From an uncultured Nitrospinota bacterium (GTDB lineage: Bacteria; Tectomicrobia; Entotheonellia; J063; CAVPRW01), in assembly GCA_963707985.1 (NCBI GenBank), contig CAVPRW010000031.1, positions 160,001-224,000 of the forward strand: a stretch of 64,000 nt of DNA, read 5' to 3'. The position numbers and the translations under genes are program-made. The notes under the pieces were generated by a model. That model ran no database searches and was not told the DNA's origin. It saw nothing but the letters and a program-made list of their open reading frames with translations. Positions 43,296 through 54,419 of this stretch are shown here, piece after piece (the stretch's first letter is position 1; each line of letters begins with the position of its first letter).

Positions 43296-44396
43296 ATGGA
43301 TTATTACCGACCCTCACCTGGAACACGTATCGAGGACCTCGACACCCCATGTCTGCTGATCGATCTAGACGCCCTTGAACACAACTATCAGCTGATTGCT
43401 GACACCTATCGGGACAGCACGTGCAAGATGCGGGCACATATCAAAAATCTCAAAAGTCCAATCCTGGCGCACATGCAGATGCGCACCGGCGGAACTGTGG
43501 GGGGGGTGTGCGCCGCGAAGGTGGCCGAGGCCGAGGTCATGGCGGAAGGGGGAATCGACGACATCTTCATCGCCAACCAGGTGGTCGGACGCGATAAAAT
43601 CGAGCGCCTCTGTGCCCTGGCCAAGCATGCCGATCTAAGAGTGGCCATCGATGATCCCCGCAACCTGCAAGAGTTGTCAGCTGTGGCACAGGCGCATGGC
43701 GTCACCATCGGGGTGGTGATTGAAGTCGACACGTCAATGCACCGCGCCGGGGTGCGGCAGATCGCACAGGGGGTGAATCTTGCCAAGCTGGCCACAACGC
43801 TTCCGGGCATTGCCTTCAAGGGGGTGATGAGCCATCAGACCGTCCCTGGACGGCCGAACAAGGAGACGCGCCTGATCGAGGGACGGCGCTTCATCCAGTT
43901 GTGCCTCGATGTGAAAGATGCCATCGAAGGCGCCGGCATTCCGGTGGAGGTCGTGTCCACCGGCGAATCATGGACCTACGACGTGGCCAGGGATATCCCG
44001 GGGGTGACCGAGGTAGAAGGTGGCACCTATGCGCTGATGTCCCATTCGTATGACTATATGCGCGACTTTCAGATCGCTGCCACCATCATGGGGACAATCA
44101 TCAGCACGCCAAGACCTGGCGTCGCCATCGGTGATGTGGGGACGCGCGCGTTGGGGTCACCAGGAGGGGTGCTCCCCAGGGTGGAAGGGATGCCCGGTGT
44201 CAGCGTTGAGGCGCTGCATCCCGAACAGATCGTGCTGCGCACCGATGGCATTACGCCACTCAAGGTGGGCGATCAATTCTTTCTCTCCAGCGGCCAGCAG
44301 GATATCATGGTGAACCGCTGGGATCAGTACATCGCTGTGCGCCGTGGCGTCGTCGAAGCTGTCTGGGACATTTCCGCACGGGGCTGCCATCATTGA
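43296..44396 (+). CDS. Fold-type III PLP-family protein (D-threonine aldolase/DSD-like)
   Basis: LDTPCLLID, RAHIKNLKS, IANQVV, RAGV, WDISARG. Confidence 0.88.
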   Translation: MDYYRPSPGTRIEDLDTPCLLIDLDALEHNYQLIADTYRDSTCKMRAHIKNLKSPILAHMQMRTGGTVGGVCAAKVAEAEVMAEGGIDDIFIANQVVGRDKIERLCALAKHADLRVAIDDPRNLQELSAVAQAHGVTIGVVIEVDTSMHRAGVRQIAQGVNLAKLATTLPGIAFKGVMSHQTVPGRPNKETRLIEGRRFIQLCLDVKDAIEGAGIPVEVVSTGESWTYDVARDIPGVTEVEGGTYALMSHSYDYMRDFQIAATIMGTIISTPRPGVAIGDVGTRALGSPGGVLPRVEGMPGVSVEALHPEQIVLRTDGITPLKVGDQFFLSSGQQDIMVNRWDQYIAVRRGVVEAVWDISARGCHH

Positions 44397-44955
44397 GGCA
44401 GATGCATAGTCGGCAAGATCGCCATGGGCGACACGCCGGCCAAAACCCGCCCCAGGTCAGTGCACAAGGGTGAAACCAGCGTTCGCCCTTGTGCATGAGC
44501 CGTCGATACAACCGCACGAAACTCAATCATGACCATCAGTCCTACGGCTAGCGGAAACTCAGCCCATCCATGGTCACACAACTCTCAGGAGTCGATGTGC
44601 CAGGCCGGCGCGTGTTTCGAGGGGCCAGGGGCGAACACTCTGGCCATGAGCTTGGCGAATATGCCGGATGCGTCGGCTGTAGACGACCTGGCCCGATTCG
44701 TCAGGCAGCGAGAGCAGGACTTGGCTGAACATTTCGGGCCACTCTGAGATCTTCTCCATGGACATCTGATCTCTCTTCAGCGCCGGGTCACTTGTGAATC
44801 GTCTACCCCAGTCTCTCGCCCGCACAGACATCCGCTGACATCCCTCTCGACATGCGCCCCGATGCTGGACTATAAGTACGAATCCGTGCGGCTACCCCTA
44901 GGCCATCCCGCTGAAGCGCACAGGAGATCATCTGCAGAACTGTCGAAACCTTCTG

Positions 44956-45269
44956 ATCGAGGTGCTCCTGCGCTATGCGTGGCCTGGGAATGTGCGGGAG
45001 TTGGAGAAGGCCATCGAACGCGCGGTGATTCTGGGTCGTTCCCCCTGCTCCTGCCGGAAGACCTGCCCCCGAGTCTCCTCGGGCGCGATGACTTCAAGCC
45101 GGTCGCGGACCATCCACGCCGGACCCTCGTGCAGCTCGAAAGAGCGCACATCCTGGCCGCGCTCTCCGCACACCGCTGGAATCAGACCAAAGTGGCGGCG
45201 GAGCTGGGCATCAGCCGCACCACGCTGTGGCGGAAGATGAAGCGCTATGCGATCGACCTGCCGTCCTGA
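44956..45269 (+). pseudogene. 5'-truncated copy of the sigma54 activator (WPGNVREL plus HTH only)
   Basis: Near-identical to the 3' end of 34672-35703, with a 1-nt deletion. Confidence 0.9.
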
Positions 45270-45303
45270 TGTTGCAGTCTTCAACGGGGTGAACAGGAAA
45301 AGC

Positions 45304-45320
45304 TGTTACAGAGTGTAACA
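45304..45320. promoter_or_regulatory. Palindromic candidate enhancer
   Basis: TGTTACA-GAG-TGTAACA, ~120 bp upstream of a sigma54 site; arms conserved in the left copy while the spacer differs. Confidence 0.6.
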
Positions 45321-45437
45321 ATAGACGACAGACTGATTCATTTGCAGCTTCTATCATCACATTCGTTTTTCGGTAAATCCTTGCCAGCACAGCCTCCGAG
45401 TCACGTCCTCGGAGGCGGTGCTGTTTTAGGGGGTACC

Positions 45438-45453
45438 CGGCATCGGAATTGCT
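45438..45453 (+). promoter_or_regulatory. sigma54 promoter (right copy)
   Basis: CGGCATCGGAATTGCT (GG-N10-GC). Confidence 0.6.
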
Positions 45454-45506
45454 TCTGTACGTCTCACCAGCAAGTCGTGAGTATCTGTTCCTCTGTGGAG
45501 CCAGCA

Positions 45507-46607
45507 ATGATGAACGCGTTTTACTCGGTCTGTGAGCCACATCTCACGCGTCGCAGATTTCTCAAATTCGCGATGGTGGCCGGAATGGTGCCGGCACTGA
45601 CTTCTGAGGTGTACGCCGCTCGTGACCCGGACCAGGGGGTGCGGCGGTTTATCGAGCGGTATGCGATTGGCCCCAATGACCCGTGGGCCCTCGTCCATGC
45701 CATCCGGGGCGTCGGGAGGGGTTGTCGCCTCAATGGAGAGAGTGCGGCTGGCTACGTGCTGCGCACCTGTGTACGGGCCCAGGAAGTCAACAAGCGACGG
45801 TATCTCTACATTCCCGCCGAGATTGAAGTGCACTCCAACATGTTTCTCAAGACCTTTTTAGAGGCGGGCGTCCCCGCTTCCGAGATGTTCTCCTGCGACG
45901 GTCGCGTCTTTCAACTGCAGGACCTCGGCGACGGAGCGAAGGCGCTTTTTCGCTTCGATCCGCGCACCTTCGATCGTAATGATCTCGCCTGGAGTCTGAT
46001 CGCCTTTGCCGAGCTGCAAGCCCAGGAGTGGGACAATGCCTACGGGGAGAGGATTCAGCTGCGAGAGATTGCGGCCTTTGGCGTAAAAGTCCTGCAAGAG
46101 GCGACTCAGGAGCTCAAGGCCTACGCCACGGCAGGTCTCCCGCTGGCAAAGAAACTGCCCATTCACAGCTTCACGTGCGGCGGCACCCACCTCTGCTATA
46201 GCGTCTTAGTAGCGGCCAGGCACGGTGTGCTGCCGGCGGACGGCGGAGACATCGTGCGGGACCAACTGCAGATGCTGATCTATCGCCTCCAGGCGGACCC
46301 TGACCTCATCGATCGCTACTACCGGGAGATCTCCTCCGCGCCAGGTGTCGACCTGTTTCGCGCCGGCGCCAAGCTGAAGGTCCTGGGGCATGCGTTGGAG
46401 TGCCTCGGGTACGCCCAAGCCCATGGACTCTTGCGGCCGAGTGCGCATGAAAGAAAACAGATCGAGCAGGCGACGCAAGAGGTGCGGGGCCTGTTGGCCT
46501 ATATTCTGACCCTCGACCTCGCGGCGATCCAACGACGGCATGCCCAATTGGTGCAGCAGGTCGTCGGCGATACGTGTCACGCCTTCCGGGGCCTGAGCCT
46601 GGTGTAG
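45507..46607 (+). CDS. Hypothetical helical protein with Tat-like signal
   Basis: TRRRFLKFAMVAG; FTCGGTHL and GHALEC motifs. Confidence 0.8.
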   Translation: MMNAFYSVCEPHLTRRRFLKFAMVAGMVPALTSEVYAARDPDQGVRRFIERYAIGPNDPWALVHAIRGVGRGCRLNGESAAGYVLRTCVRAQEVNKRRYLYIPAEIEVHSNMFLKTFLEAGVPASEMFSCDGRVFQLQDLGDGAKALFRFDPRTFDRNDLAWSLIAFAELQAQEWDNAYGERIQLREIAAFGVKVLQEATQELKAYATAGLPLAKKLPIHSFTCGGTHLCYSVLVAARHGVLPADGGDIVRDQLQMLIYRLQADPDLIDRYYREISSAPGVDLFRAGAKLKVLGHALECLGYAQAHGLLRPSAHERKQIEQATQEVRGLLAYILTLDLAAIQRRHAQLVQQVVGDTCHAFRGLSLV

Positions 46608-46623
46608 AGGAGGTTGATCATTC

Positions 46624-47113
46624 ATGTTCGATTGGCGACAGCGCAAGCGGGAAGACGACTGCAGGGGCGTTGATCGCGGCTGGTGCCGCCCACACGCGAG
46701 GCTCAGCCCTCGATTCCTGCTGGGCGCTTTGATGAGCTTGGCCCTGCTGGCTCTGCCTCTGGTGGCTCAGGAAACCGCCAAGGTGGAGCCTGAAGCGGGC
46801 TTGAAAGCGCGGGGGCAGGCGTTCTGGGAGGCGAGGATCAAAGAGGACTATGCGGCCCAGTATGGCTTGCTCGAACCGAAGGTGCGGCGGGAGATGAGCT
46901 TGACCAACTACATCCAAGGCCAGGGACCGCTGCAGTATCTGGAGGCCTCGTATCGAGGGGGTGCAGATCGATGAGGCGAAAGGCGTGCTGACGGTGCGCA
47001 CCCTGATCCGGATCAGACACCCGCTGCTCGAGCGCCAGAAGCAACAGATGGTCGTCCGGGAAGAGTGGGTGAAACGACAGGGGGAGTGGTACCGCGTGCA
47101 TCCCCAAAGCTAG
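46624..47113 (+). CDS. Exported hypothetical protein (NTF2-like), frameshifted near 46950
   Basis: RGQAFWEARIKEDYAAQYGLLEP, continuing in another frame to EEWVKRQGEWYRVHPQS*. Confidence 0.7.
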
Positions 47114-47357
47114 CGATGTTGTCACCACGCGTGGCCGCTAGCTGGCGCGTCATGCGAGGCGCTCCATGACAGGATGGAGAGTCCAGGGAGGGGATAAGCG
47201 AGTAGACCTCTTCCTCAGCTGAACCAAGACACCGAAAGGAGGTGAGGGACGCGCGGCAAGAGGAACGGTTAGAGCCGTGGTTTTTCAGGTAGTGGAGTGC
47301 TTGTGTAGACGGTGAAGTAACACCGCAGAGTGATAAGAAGTGTAAGGAGGTTTACCA

Positions 47358-48334
47358 GTGAAAATTCAATGGAAGAGTGTGGTCATGATCGCTGCTCTCG
47401 CCCTATCCATGGGCATTGCAGCCCCAGCGTGGTCAGGGTTAGCGGATCCGATGCTGGAGGAGTACGCCGTGCATGTGATCCCGTTCTACAAAATCGACGC
47501 CAATTGGTCTGCCTTCCTGGTCGTCGCGGACACGTCTTTCCAAGACCTGAGCTACAAGGGGTCGGACATCCACCTGAAGTTCTTTGACGCCGCTTGCAAC
47601 TATAAGCAAGACGCGATCGTAGAGCCCACCAAGACCGATGCGCAGTTCTTCGCGTTGCACGATCCCACCGACGCCAATGGCCAGTTTGGTGGTCTCGCGC
47701 AAACCGCTCCGGAGGGCGTGATCGTGCTGGATGGCTACGGCAATCGGTTCCTCACGTATATTCTCCTGGTCAACGGCAACAACAATTCGCTGATCAGGAT
47801 CGACTCCATCCCCTGCAAGGGGAGCGAGGGCGCCTGCTGGGAAGGCAGTGGGGACGGCACGATGGCTGCGCTACAACAGCTATAACACGGTCGCCGCCAC
47901 CTTTGGGGACACGGGCGCTTTCCGGACAAACCTCTATTTCTTCAGTGCCGTCGATGACAGAGAGCCTGGAGACCTGAGGCGAGAGCTCCTGAAGTATGGG
48001 ACGCCACATGGCGGGTCGATTGGGCCAATCGGCATCCATTTGGACGGCTATTGTGACGAGATCTACCTGGGCTCCCGCAGACTCGATCTCAAATGCACGC
48101 AGCGGCTGAGTCTGACCTCTTTCAATTTCACTCAACCTGAACGTAGTTCCCGAACGCGGACTTGCGGCGGGAAAGCCAGGCCATATCGAGACCTGGTCCG
48201 GCGACAACTGGCAATGAATTCGATGCAAGAAAGACTACTCGGGCTTCCAGGAGACGATCGCTGCATTAGCCCCACCCACCAACATGATTGGCACTGGCTA
48301 TATGCACCACTCCGACCCAGCGGTGGAAAAGTAA
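47358..48334 (+). CDS. Exported protein, possibly cell-surface; several frameshifts
   Basis: AAGGAGG RBS, Sec signal ending APAWS; coding pieces run to ..GTGYMHHSDPAVEK* at 48334. Confidence 0.7.
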
Positions 48335-48402
48335 GCCGAATCGTCGCTCCAACAGCATAGCCAGAACCAAGCCCTCAAGCCTGTAACTCGGGCCTGGGGG
48401 CA

Positions 48403-48447
48403 GCGACCAGGAGGCGAGGAGCTTACAAGCTCCCGCCTCCTGGTCGC
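48403..48447 (+). terminator. Strong GC-rich hairpin after the exported-protein gene
   Basis: GCGACCAGGAGGCG..GGAGC/GCTCC..CGCCTCCTGGTCGC; no clear U tract. Confidence 0.55.
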
Positions 48448-48727
48448 CTCGGCGGCGGTTTCTAAGGCTTCCCCTGGGGTTGAGCTACTATCGGTTTTCG
48501 CCAAGCAGTCCCATCGCCATCCTGATGGCTCAAAGTTTTGGCCTGATTCCTGCTCGATTGCATCGTCAGATGATGTGTCCGTCCTCCTACACTGTATGGC
48601 ATTTCCCTGGACGCGGTGAGGTCTCTAAGCGCTGAGGGCAGCCGATATGGCCGTATGGATGACGAAGCAAGGTGTGCTTAGCAGGCGACTCTCCTAGGGC
48701 TTTTGGACAAGGTGAGAGAGGAGTGAA

Positions 48728-50167
48728 ATGACGATCCTCAAGACGATCATCCTGGGAGCCATCCTCGGGATGCTCGTGAGCCCTTCTCCAGAGTCAACGC
48801 GTTTCTTTCCAACCCATCGTCGCAGACCACAGGGGGCTCGGTCACCCCTCGCCTGAGCGTGGACCTCAGAGGATCTATCTACCTCATCTGGAAGGAAGAG
48901 CGTGACAGCCAGTCTGGTCACATCTTCCTCAACCGTTCGACCGATCGGGGGCAGAGCTGGCAGCAGGAGGCTCGTGGCTCGATCGGGAGAAACCTGGTGG
49001 GTCACGGTCCTCCAGCCCCCGGGTTGACAGCGACGGGAAAGGGAATGTCTACGCCGTCTGGTGGACCAAGCATCGCGATGGCACGAAGGATGTCCTCTTC
49101 GAGTACGTCGAAGGATTTCGGGGCGTCCTTCGGGCCAACTGTCAAGCTGAATAGGATTATGGCGCGTTTCCTCCAGAGGTCAGTGCCGATGGGAAAGGTC
49201 ATATCTATGTGGTCTGGTCCGATGAGCGGACTGAAGGCGGAGATGGGAGCCGGCAGGGGAAGGTCCGCGGGCCATCGCATCTACTTCAATCGCTCGGACG
49301 ATCATGGCGCGACCTGGCTCCCTCAGGATATGAAGCTGAGCGGCGATGCGCTGGGCCGGGGGAGGGTGATGCAAGCCTGGCCCCAGATCCGCAGCGACGA
49401 CCGGGGCCATGTCTATGCCATCTGGTTCGATACCAGGGACGGCGGGGGCAGCGTCTACTTCCGGGCCTCGGACGATTTCGGCCGGACCTGGCGGGAGGAG
49501 CTCCGCGTGAAAGGTGCTGAGGGGGATGTCGAGGGCCCCATGCAGATGGCTGCCAATGACCAGGGGCACATCTATGTCGCCTGGGCGGATAACCGGGATG
49601 GCGAGTACGGCATCTACCTGGTGGCGTCGACCGACCACGGCAGGACGTGGTCGAAGGAGGTGCGACTCGATGTCGCCAAGGCGAAGGTCTCCCGCGCCAG
49701 TTTGCCCACCCTGGCCGCCGATCCCGCAGGGCATGTATACGTGGCCTGGCAGGATGCCAGGCACGGTGGTTGGGACATCTACCTCAATATGTCCTCAGAC
49801 TTCGGGAAGACCTGGCACACGGAGGGGGTCCGGCTTAACACGGGTCCCGCAGGAGAGGCTGAGGCTCGGCTCCCCCAGATCGCCCTCGACGGAAAAGGGA
49901 CCATTGCTGTCGTCTGGCAGGAGGATCGTGGCGATGACCAGCAGGAAGGGATCTACCTCACCTGGTCGACCGACTTTGGGAAGACGTGGCTCAACGCGGA
50001 CATCCGTGTAGACGAGCAGAAATCTGGGGGAGGTGCTGTCCAGCCCCAGATCGCCATGCTGTCAGGATGGAGCCGTTGTCATCGCCTGGGAAGTCACTCG
50101 ACAAGATCGTAAAGATATCGCCGTGAAGGTGTTGGCCCCAAGCGTTCGCCAGACTTCGGCCCGCTAG
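48728..50167 (+). CDS. Asp-box (BNR) repeat sialidase-like beta-propeller, multiple frameshifts
   Basis: Repeats STDRGQSW, SKDFGASF, SDDHGATW, SDDFGRTW, STDHGRTW, SSDFGKTW, STDFGKTW. Confidence 0.85.
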
Positions 50168-50261
50168 GCTCGTCTGCTTTCCCCTGCGGCCGTATCGTCG
50201 TGTGAGTGCAGCATGGCATGGTACCACCATGTTTTTGGCGTTAAATCATAAGGGAGTGCAT

Positions 50262-50945
50262 ATGGTGTCGACTCGACATCACCGACACAATGGATACTGG
50301 ATCATCAGCATGCTGGTAGGTCTTCTCTGCTTCCTCGTCCCCTGCACGGGAGCCTGGTCACAAGGGAAAAGACTGCAAACAGAGGACACGCGCCAGAAGA
50401 GTGCCGCAAAGGGGCTTTATGTCGCTGTCCACGAAGGTCGGCTCTCCGTGGACTTGCAGGAGGCGGATATGGCGGAGGTCTTGGCACAAATTGGGCAGCA
50501 GGCCGGTATCCGTATATCCTCCGGCCCAAGCGCCGGGAAACGGGTCAGTGCGCGATTCTCAGGCGTTGAGCTGGAAGAAGGGCTCCGCCGTCTGCTGCGG
50601 TCGGTGTCCCTGAGTCATATCTTCATGTATGCCAGTAGACCGGCAGGGTCAGTGACGATTTCAGAAGTGCGCGTCTTAGGGGAGGGGAAGGACGTGACCC
50701 CCCCTCCAGCCACCCTCGCTGAGCCAGGCTTGCACACCAACGAGCCCAATACCGGCGCGCCAGTCGGCAAGGGTCGGAGGCAAGCCCCAGAAGTCGTGCA
50801 ACCGGTTCAGGAGCCAACGCCTGAACCTGAACAGAGGGAACCAAGCGAGGTCACTCGCCGTGTCAGGGAAGTGTTTCAACTGAGTAAGGGGATGGGGAAC
50901 AAATCCCCAAACGGGCAAGAGTCCTCCCCTAATGACACCAAGTAA
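50262..50945 (+). CDS. Exported protein with secretin-N0/STN-like domain and Pro-rich tail
   Basis: Signal peptide; LSVDLQEADMAEVLAQIGQQAGI..VSARFSGVELEEGLRRLL. Confidence 0.7.
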   Translation: MVSTRHHRHNGYWIISMLVGLLCFLVPCTGAWSQGKRLQTEDTRQKSAAKGLYVAVHEGRLSVDLQEADMAEVLAQIGQQAGIRISSGPSAGKRVSARFSGVELEEGLRRLLRSVSLSHIFMYASRPAGSVTISEVRVLGEGKDVTPPPATLAEPGLHTNEPNTGAPVGKGRRQAPEVVQPVQEPTPEPEQREPSEVTRRVREVFQLSKGMGNKSPNGQESSPNDTK

Positions 50946-51414
50946 CAAGGCCATGAGGCAAGGGAGGTGTAAGAGAGGCCCCAGGAGGACCCTATTCGGT
51001 CAGCCTGCTCGCGGTTCCAGAAGACAACACTGAATGATGTGGGGGAGAAATTTATCGCCCCAGGTTACCTGCCCCACAGCCCCGAGCTTCTTAAACTCTT
51101 CAGGACTGCCGGGGAATGGCGCTGAGGATGGCCTTTTAGATCACATCCTTTATACGAGAGAAAATTGTTGTGCACCCCCCCACGATCTTTTGCCGTATCC
51201 TTCATGTGCTGCCTTCCACCGCCGCACCAGAGTGCCGTTGGGCTGTAACAGTGGCCGACGGTCAAGGGCTGACCGTCACGGTCGACCTCGCAGCCGAGGA
51301 ATTACAAACGTACGAGCGCTTTCAAGCTGCGCTGCTGCGGGAAACCGGGAGCCCCTTCCGCTATCTGCCCATCGAACCGCAACCAGCCCCCACGCAGGTG
51401 CGACGGAGGCATTC

Positions 51415-51650
51415 TCAGGACGCAGCGGTTGTGACGTCGGCCGGTAGCGGCAGACAAGAAGCTTCGATGAGATGCTCGAACATAACTTACCAGACCTCTG
51501 ATGACTCCCCGTGGTAGCGAACGACAACACGCATGGTACTTAGAACATTGGCGAGCTCCCCATGTTCATGCGCGATTGAGGCCTCAAGCCTTTCCCCCAA
51601 ACGTTTTGCGAACACTGGATTCTTGCCTCCCGTCGAGATAGCGGCTCTCT
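51415..51650 (-). pseudogene. Relic resembling the precorrin-2 dehydrogenase (SirC/CysG-N) C-terminal part
   Basis: Manual translation AISTGGKNPVFAKRLGERLEASIAHEHGELANVL, with an internal stop. Confidence 0.5.
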
Positions 51651-51910
51651 CTCCCGCGGTATATCACCCCGACGCATGGCATTGCATGCGCCCCCGCCTT
51701 CGTACCAACTTTCCTATGCCCCTGAAACTGTCGTCAGGCTCTGCCACCCTGAGCTATAAAGTGATTGCCTCTAACGCCCTGCATGCGAGCCAAACCTAGG
51801 AGCTTACTGGCCCAGGTATAGTCTTAGCATGTGCGGTGCCAACCTCCCGAGGCTGGGCTGCGTTGGGTAGAAGATGCTATTCGCGAAGCGCATCACGGAC
51901 GTGCCCCACC

Positions 51911-52180
51911 TGTTTTTGTCAATTGAAACGGGAGCCGCGTGTTCCCAGAGGGGTGGAAACCGGTAGGCTCGTGCCAGCATGCCACAACAGCGAGGCCCGG
52001 TTTTCCACCCCTCGTCACGATCCACCGCCAATCATCCGTAAGGCTGTTGAGCGTCTCGGTGCAGGCGTTGACGAGCACGACACAACTCACCGCAGTACTC
52101 CAGGAGAGGGGTGCGATAGGTGAGACGATTCAGCCGGGCTGCGGTCAGGCGTTCGTCGTCAAAGACCTGGGTCCAAGGGG
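51911..52180 (-). mobile_element. IS21-family right-end relic (istB 3' end plus terminal sequence)
   Basis: WTQVFDDERLTAARLNRLTYRTPLLE resembles the IstB C-terminus; IS21-like end TGTTTTTGTCAATTGAAA at 51911. Confidence 0.7.
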
Positions 52181-52905
52181 CATCGCGCCCATGGATGATG
52201 GATGCCCAGCCGGGCCCCCCGTGCGTCGAGGGCCGAGCAGCACGGACAGAACCGCTGTGCCCCAGGTGGTGAGAACGGGATAACGCATAATGCCTCTAGC
52301 ACGATGCGCCGATGTAATGCGGGCGCTGGGGTACCTCCACAGATCAACGGATCGCCGCTCCAGTGGCCCCCGTTTCGATGATGATCCACACGTGGCGAGG
52401 TGGCTCCCTGTTCAATGATCAAAAACACTCATCAGTAGCATCTGGCAAGGGGTAGTGCGGCACAGGGGCGTTCCGTCCAACGAGGTCAACAGGGCATCTA
52501 TCAAAGAGCAGGGGCAATCAGGTCGTTACTCGTAGTAACTTTCCCAACGTCTCCAGATCAAAGGGCGCGAGGTGCTCCTGGGGCACAGGAAGTTCCTTGC
52601 GGCTCAGGGTGGATCCTCCTCAAAAACGGGCGAGGTTTTTGGTTGGAGCTGCTATGATGCCGCATGTCCGCTTGAGATGGTATCCCTCATAACTCAAAAG
52701 GGTCGCCAGCGTTGGGTTACGAGTTCTTCAACTGCCTTAAGGGGTAGTTGTAAAGCGATAGTATTCGGTCCAGGGTAGGGAGTTCATGAGCATGTTGATA
52801 CGACGCTCGCACACCCGTTATGGAGGGCAATCCGCTTTTGCTGCAGGTTTCGCTGTTGTGAGGCAATTGCTTTGGAAGAAAGAGCTATGTAGGGGATCAT
52901 TTGGG

Positions 52906-53274
52906 ATGACCATCGATCGTCTCTGGAATGCAATCGAGACGCTGACCACCTCTAGTGCCGGCAACGAAGGAGTCAACTGTTTAACATTTTCCGAGGAGGA
53001 CTGGGCTATGCACGCGTATCTGCGAGCGCAAATGGCATCGATTGGGTTCGAGGTGGTCTAAATCGCGCGAGGTATCATGTTGGGGCTCCTCAATCCGCTC
53101 TCCAGATTGGGGCGGGCGGTGATGTCCGGTTCCCACATCAATACTGTCCATGCCGCGGGTGGGTTCGGTGGTAAAGTGGAGATGGGGGGCGCGCTGGAGG
53201 AATATTCTGCGCCGGTAGACGTTGAGCAGGGCGTCAGTGTGCTGCTGGACGCCGGCATCATCCTGGCCGGATAG
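52906..53274 (+). pseudogene. M20 Zn-dependent amidohydrolase (allantoate/N-carbamoylase-like) relic
   Basis: DRLWNAIETL..TFSEED, in-frame stop, GSHINTV..GGFGG, then jumps to the C-terminal DVEQGVSVL. Confidence 0.7.
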
Positions 53275-53330
53275 CAAACCCCTGAGAATGAGCAGTGTGA
53301 CATGGGTGACCGGTCAGTCTCCATGCGCCA

Positions 53331-54419
53331 CTACCTCAGGTGCGCAAAGACCTTGATCCAGGCTCGTCCCCAGGAGAGCGTAACGCGTTCGCCCGAATGC
53401 AGCAGCCGATCGCCTGGAGCGCCGTGATTTTGTCGCAACACCTTGATCGCTTTACCGCTGTCTAGTTGTACATAGTACGCGGTCGTCGGCCCCAGAAAAG
53501 AGTGGTCGACGACGATCCCAGTGAACGAGTTCTCCCCGTGGGGAGGCTCAGTGCTCAAGGAAATTTTTTCCGGACGCACGGTAGCCTCGACGTTAGTTCC
53601 GACCGCGAGATCATCGTTGACATCGACACGCAGGACATCTCCCTCAATGGTCCGGATGGTCATACCGCTGTTGCCGCTCGCGACAAGATTGCCGCTGAAC
53701 AGATTAATCTCGCCGATGAAGTCTGACACATACTTGCTGCTCGGGCACAGATAGATATTCTCAACGGTGTCGAGCTGTTCCAGGCGCCCACGGTTCATGA
53801 CGGCGATGCGGTCGGATAGCACCAGCGCTTCCTCTTGGTCGTGCGTGACGTACAGAAAGGTGATGCCAACCTCACGGTGAATGCGCTTCAGCTCAAGCTG
53901 CATGCGCTTGCGCACCTTCAGGTCGAGGGCTCCAAGAGGCTCATCGAGCAACAGAACCGCAGGCTCGTTGACCAACGCCCGCGCTAGTCCCACTCGCTGC
54001 TGTTCCCCGCCGCTGAGCTGATGTGGATAGCGTGCTTCGTAGCTGGTGAGTTCGACGATCTTCAGGACATCAGTCACGCGCGACTGAATATCATCCTTGG
54101 GAAGGCGCTTCATGTGTAGGCCAAAAGCGATATTTTGGTAGACGGTCATATGTGGGAACAACACGTAATGCTGGAAGACCGTGTTCACATAGCGCTTGTA
54201 CGGCGGGGTGCTCCCAAGCGGCTGGCCTTGCAGGTAGACCTCTCCCGCAGAGGGTTTTTCGAACCCAGCTACTAGGCGCAATGTCGTCGTCTTGCCGCAG
54301 CCACTCGGCCCCAGCAGTGATAAAAACTCCCCTTTGCGCACTTGTAACGACAGGTCATCTACTGCGCGCACGTCACCGAAGGTTTTGCTCACACCACACA
54401 GCTCAAGCACATAGTCCAT
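53331..54419 (-). CDS. potA: PotA-like ABC transporter ATP-binding protein
   Basis: GPSGCGKTT, LSGGEQQR, LLLDEPLGALD, TOBE tail. Confidence 0.85.
   Translation of the reverse strand: MDYVLELCGVSKTFGDVRAVDDLSLQVRKGEFLSLLGPSGCGKTTTLRLVAGFEKPSAGEVYLQGQPLGSTPPYKRYVNTVFQHYVLFPHMTVYQNIAFGLHMKRLPKDDIQSRVTDVLKIVELTSYEARYPHQLSGGEQQRVGLARALVNEPAVLLLDEPLGALDLKVRKRMQLELKRIHREVGITFLYVTHDQEEALVLSDRIAVMNRGRLEQLDTVENIYLCPSSKYVSDFIGEINLFSGNLVASGNSGMTIRTIEGDVLRVDVNDDLAVGTNVEATVRPEKISLSTEPPHGENSFTGIVVDHSFLGPTTAYYVQLDSGKAIKVLRQNHGAPGDRLLHSGERVTLSWGRAWIKVFAHLR

Larger units (their letters stand above)
44956..45856 (+). repeat. Right copy of ~900-bp inverted duplication
   Basis: Aligns to the reverse complement of 34088-34986. 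Confidence 0.95.

Noticed and set aside
44529..44955. Small ORFs left of the right repeat copy as a recombinase or transposase
   Set aside because: No recombinase or DDE motifs recognisable
51170..51517. 115-aa plus-strand ORF
   Set aside because: Middle part looks protein-like, but there is no clear start or family and its end overlaps the opposite-strand relic
52300..52780. Possible cupin and P-type ATPase fragments
   Set aside because: Similarity limited to a few residues; cannot be supported without a search
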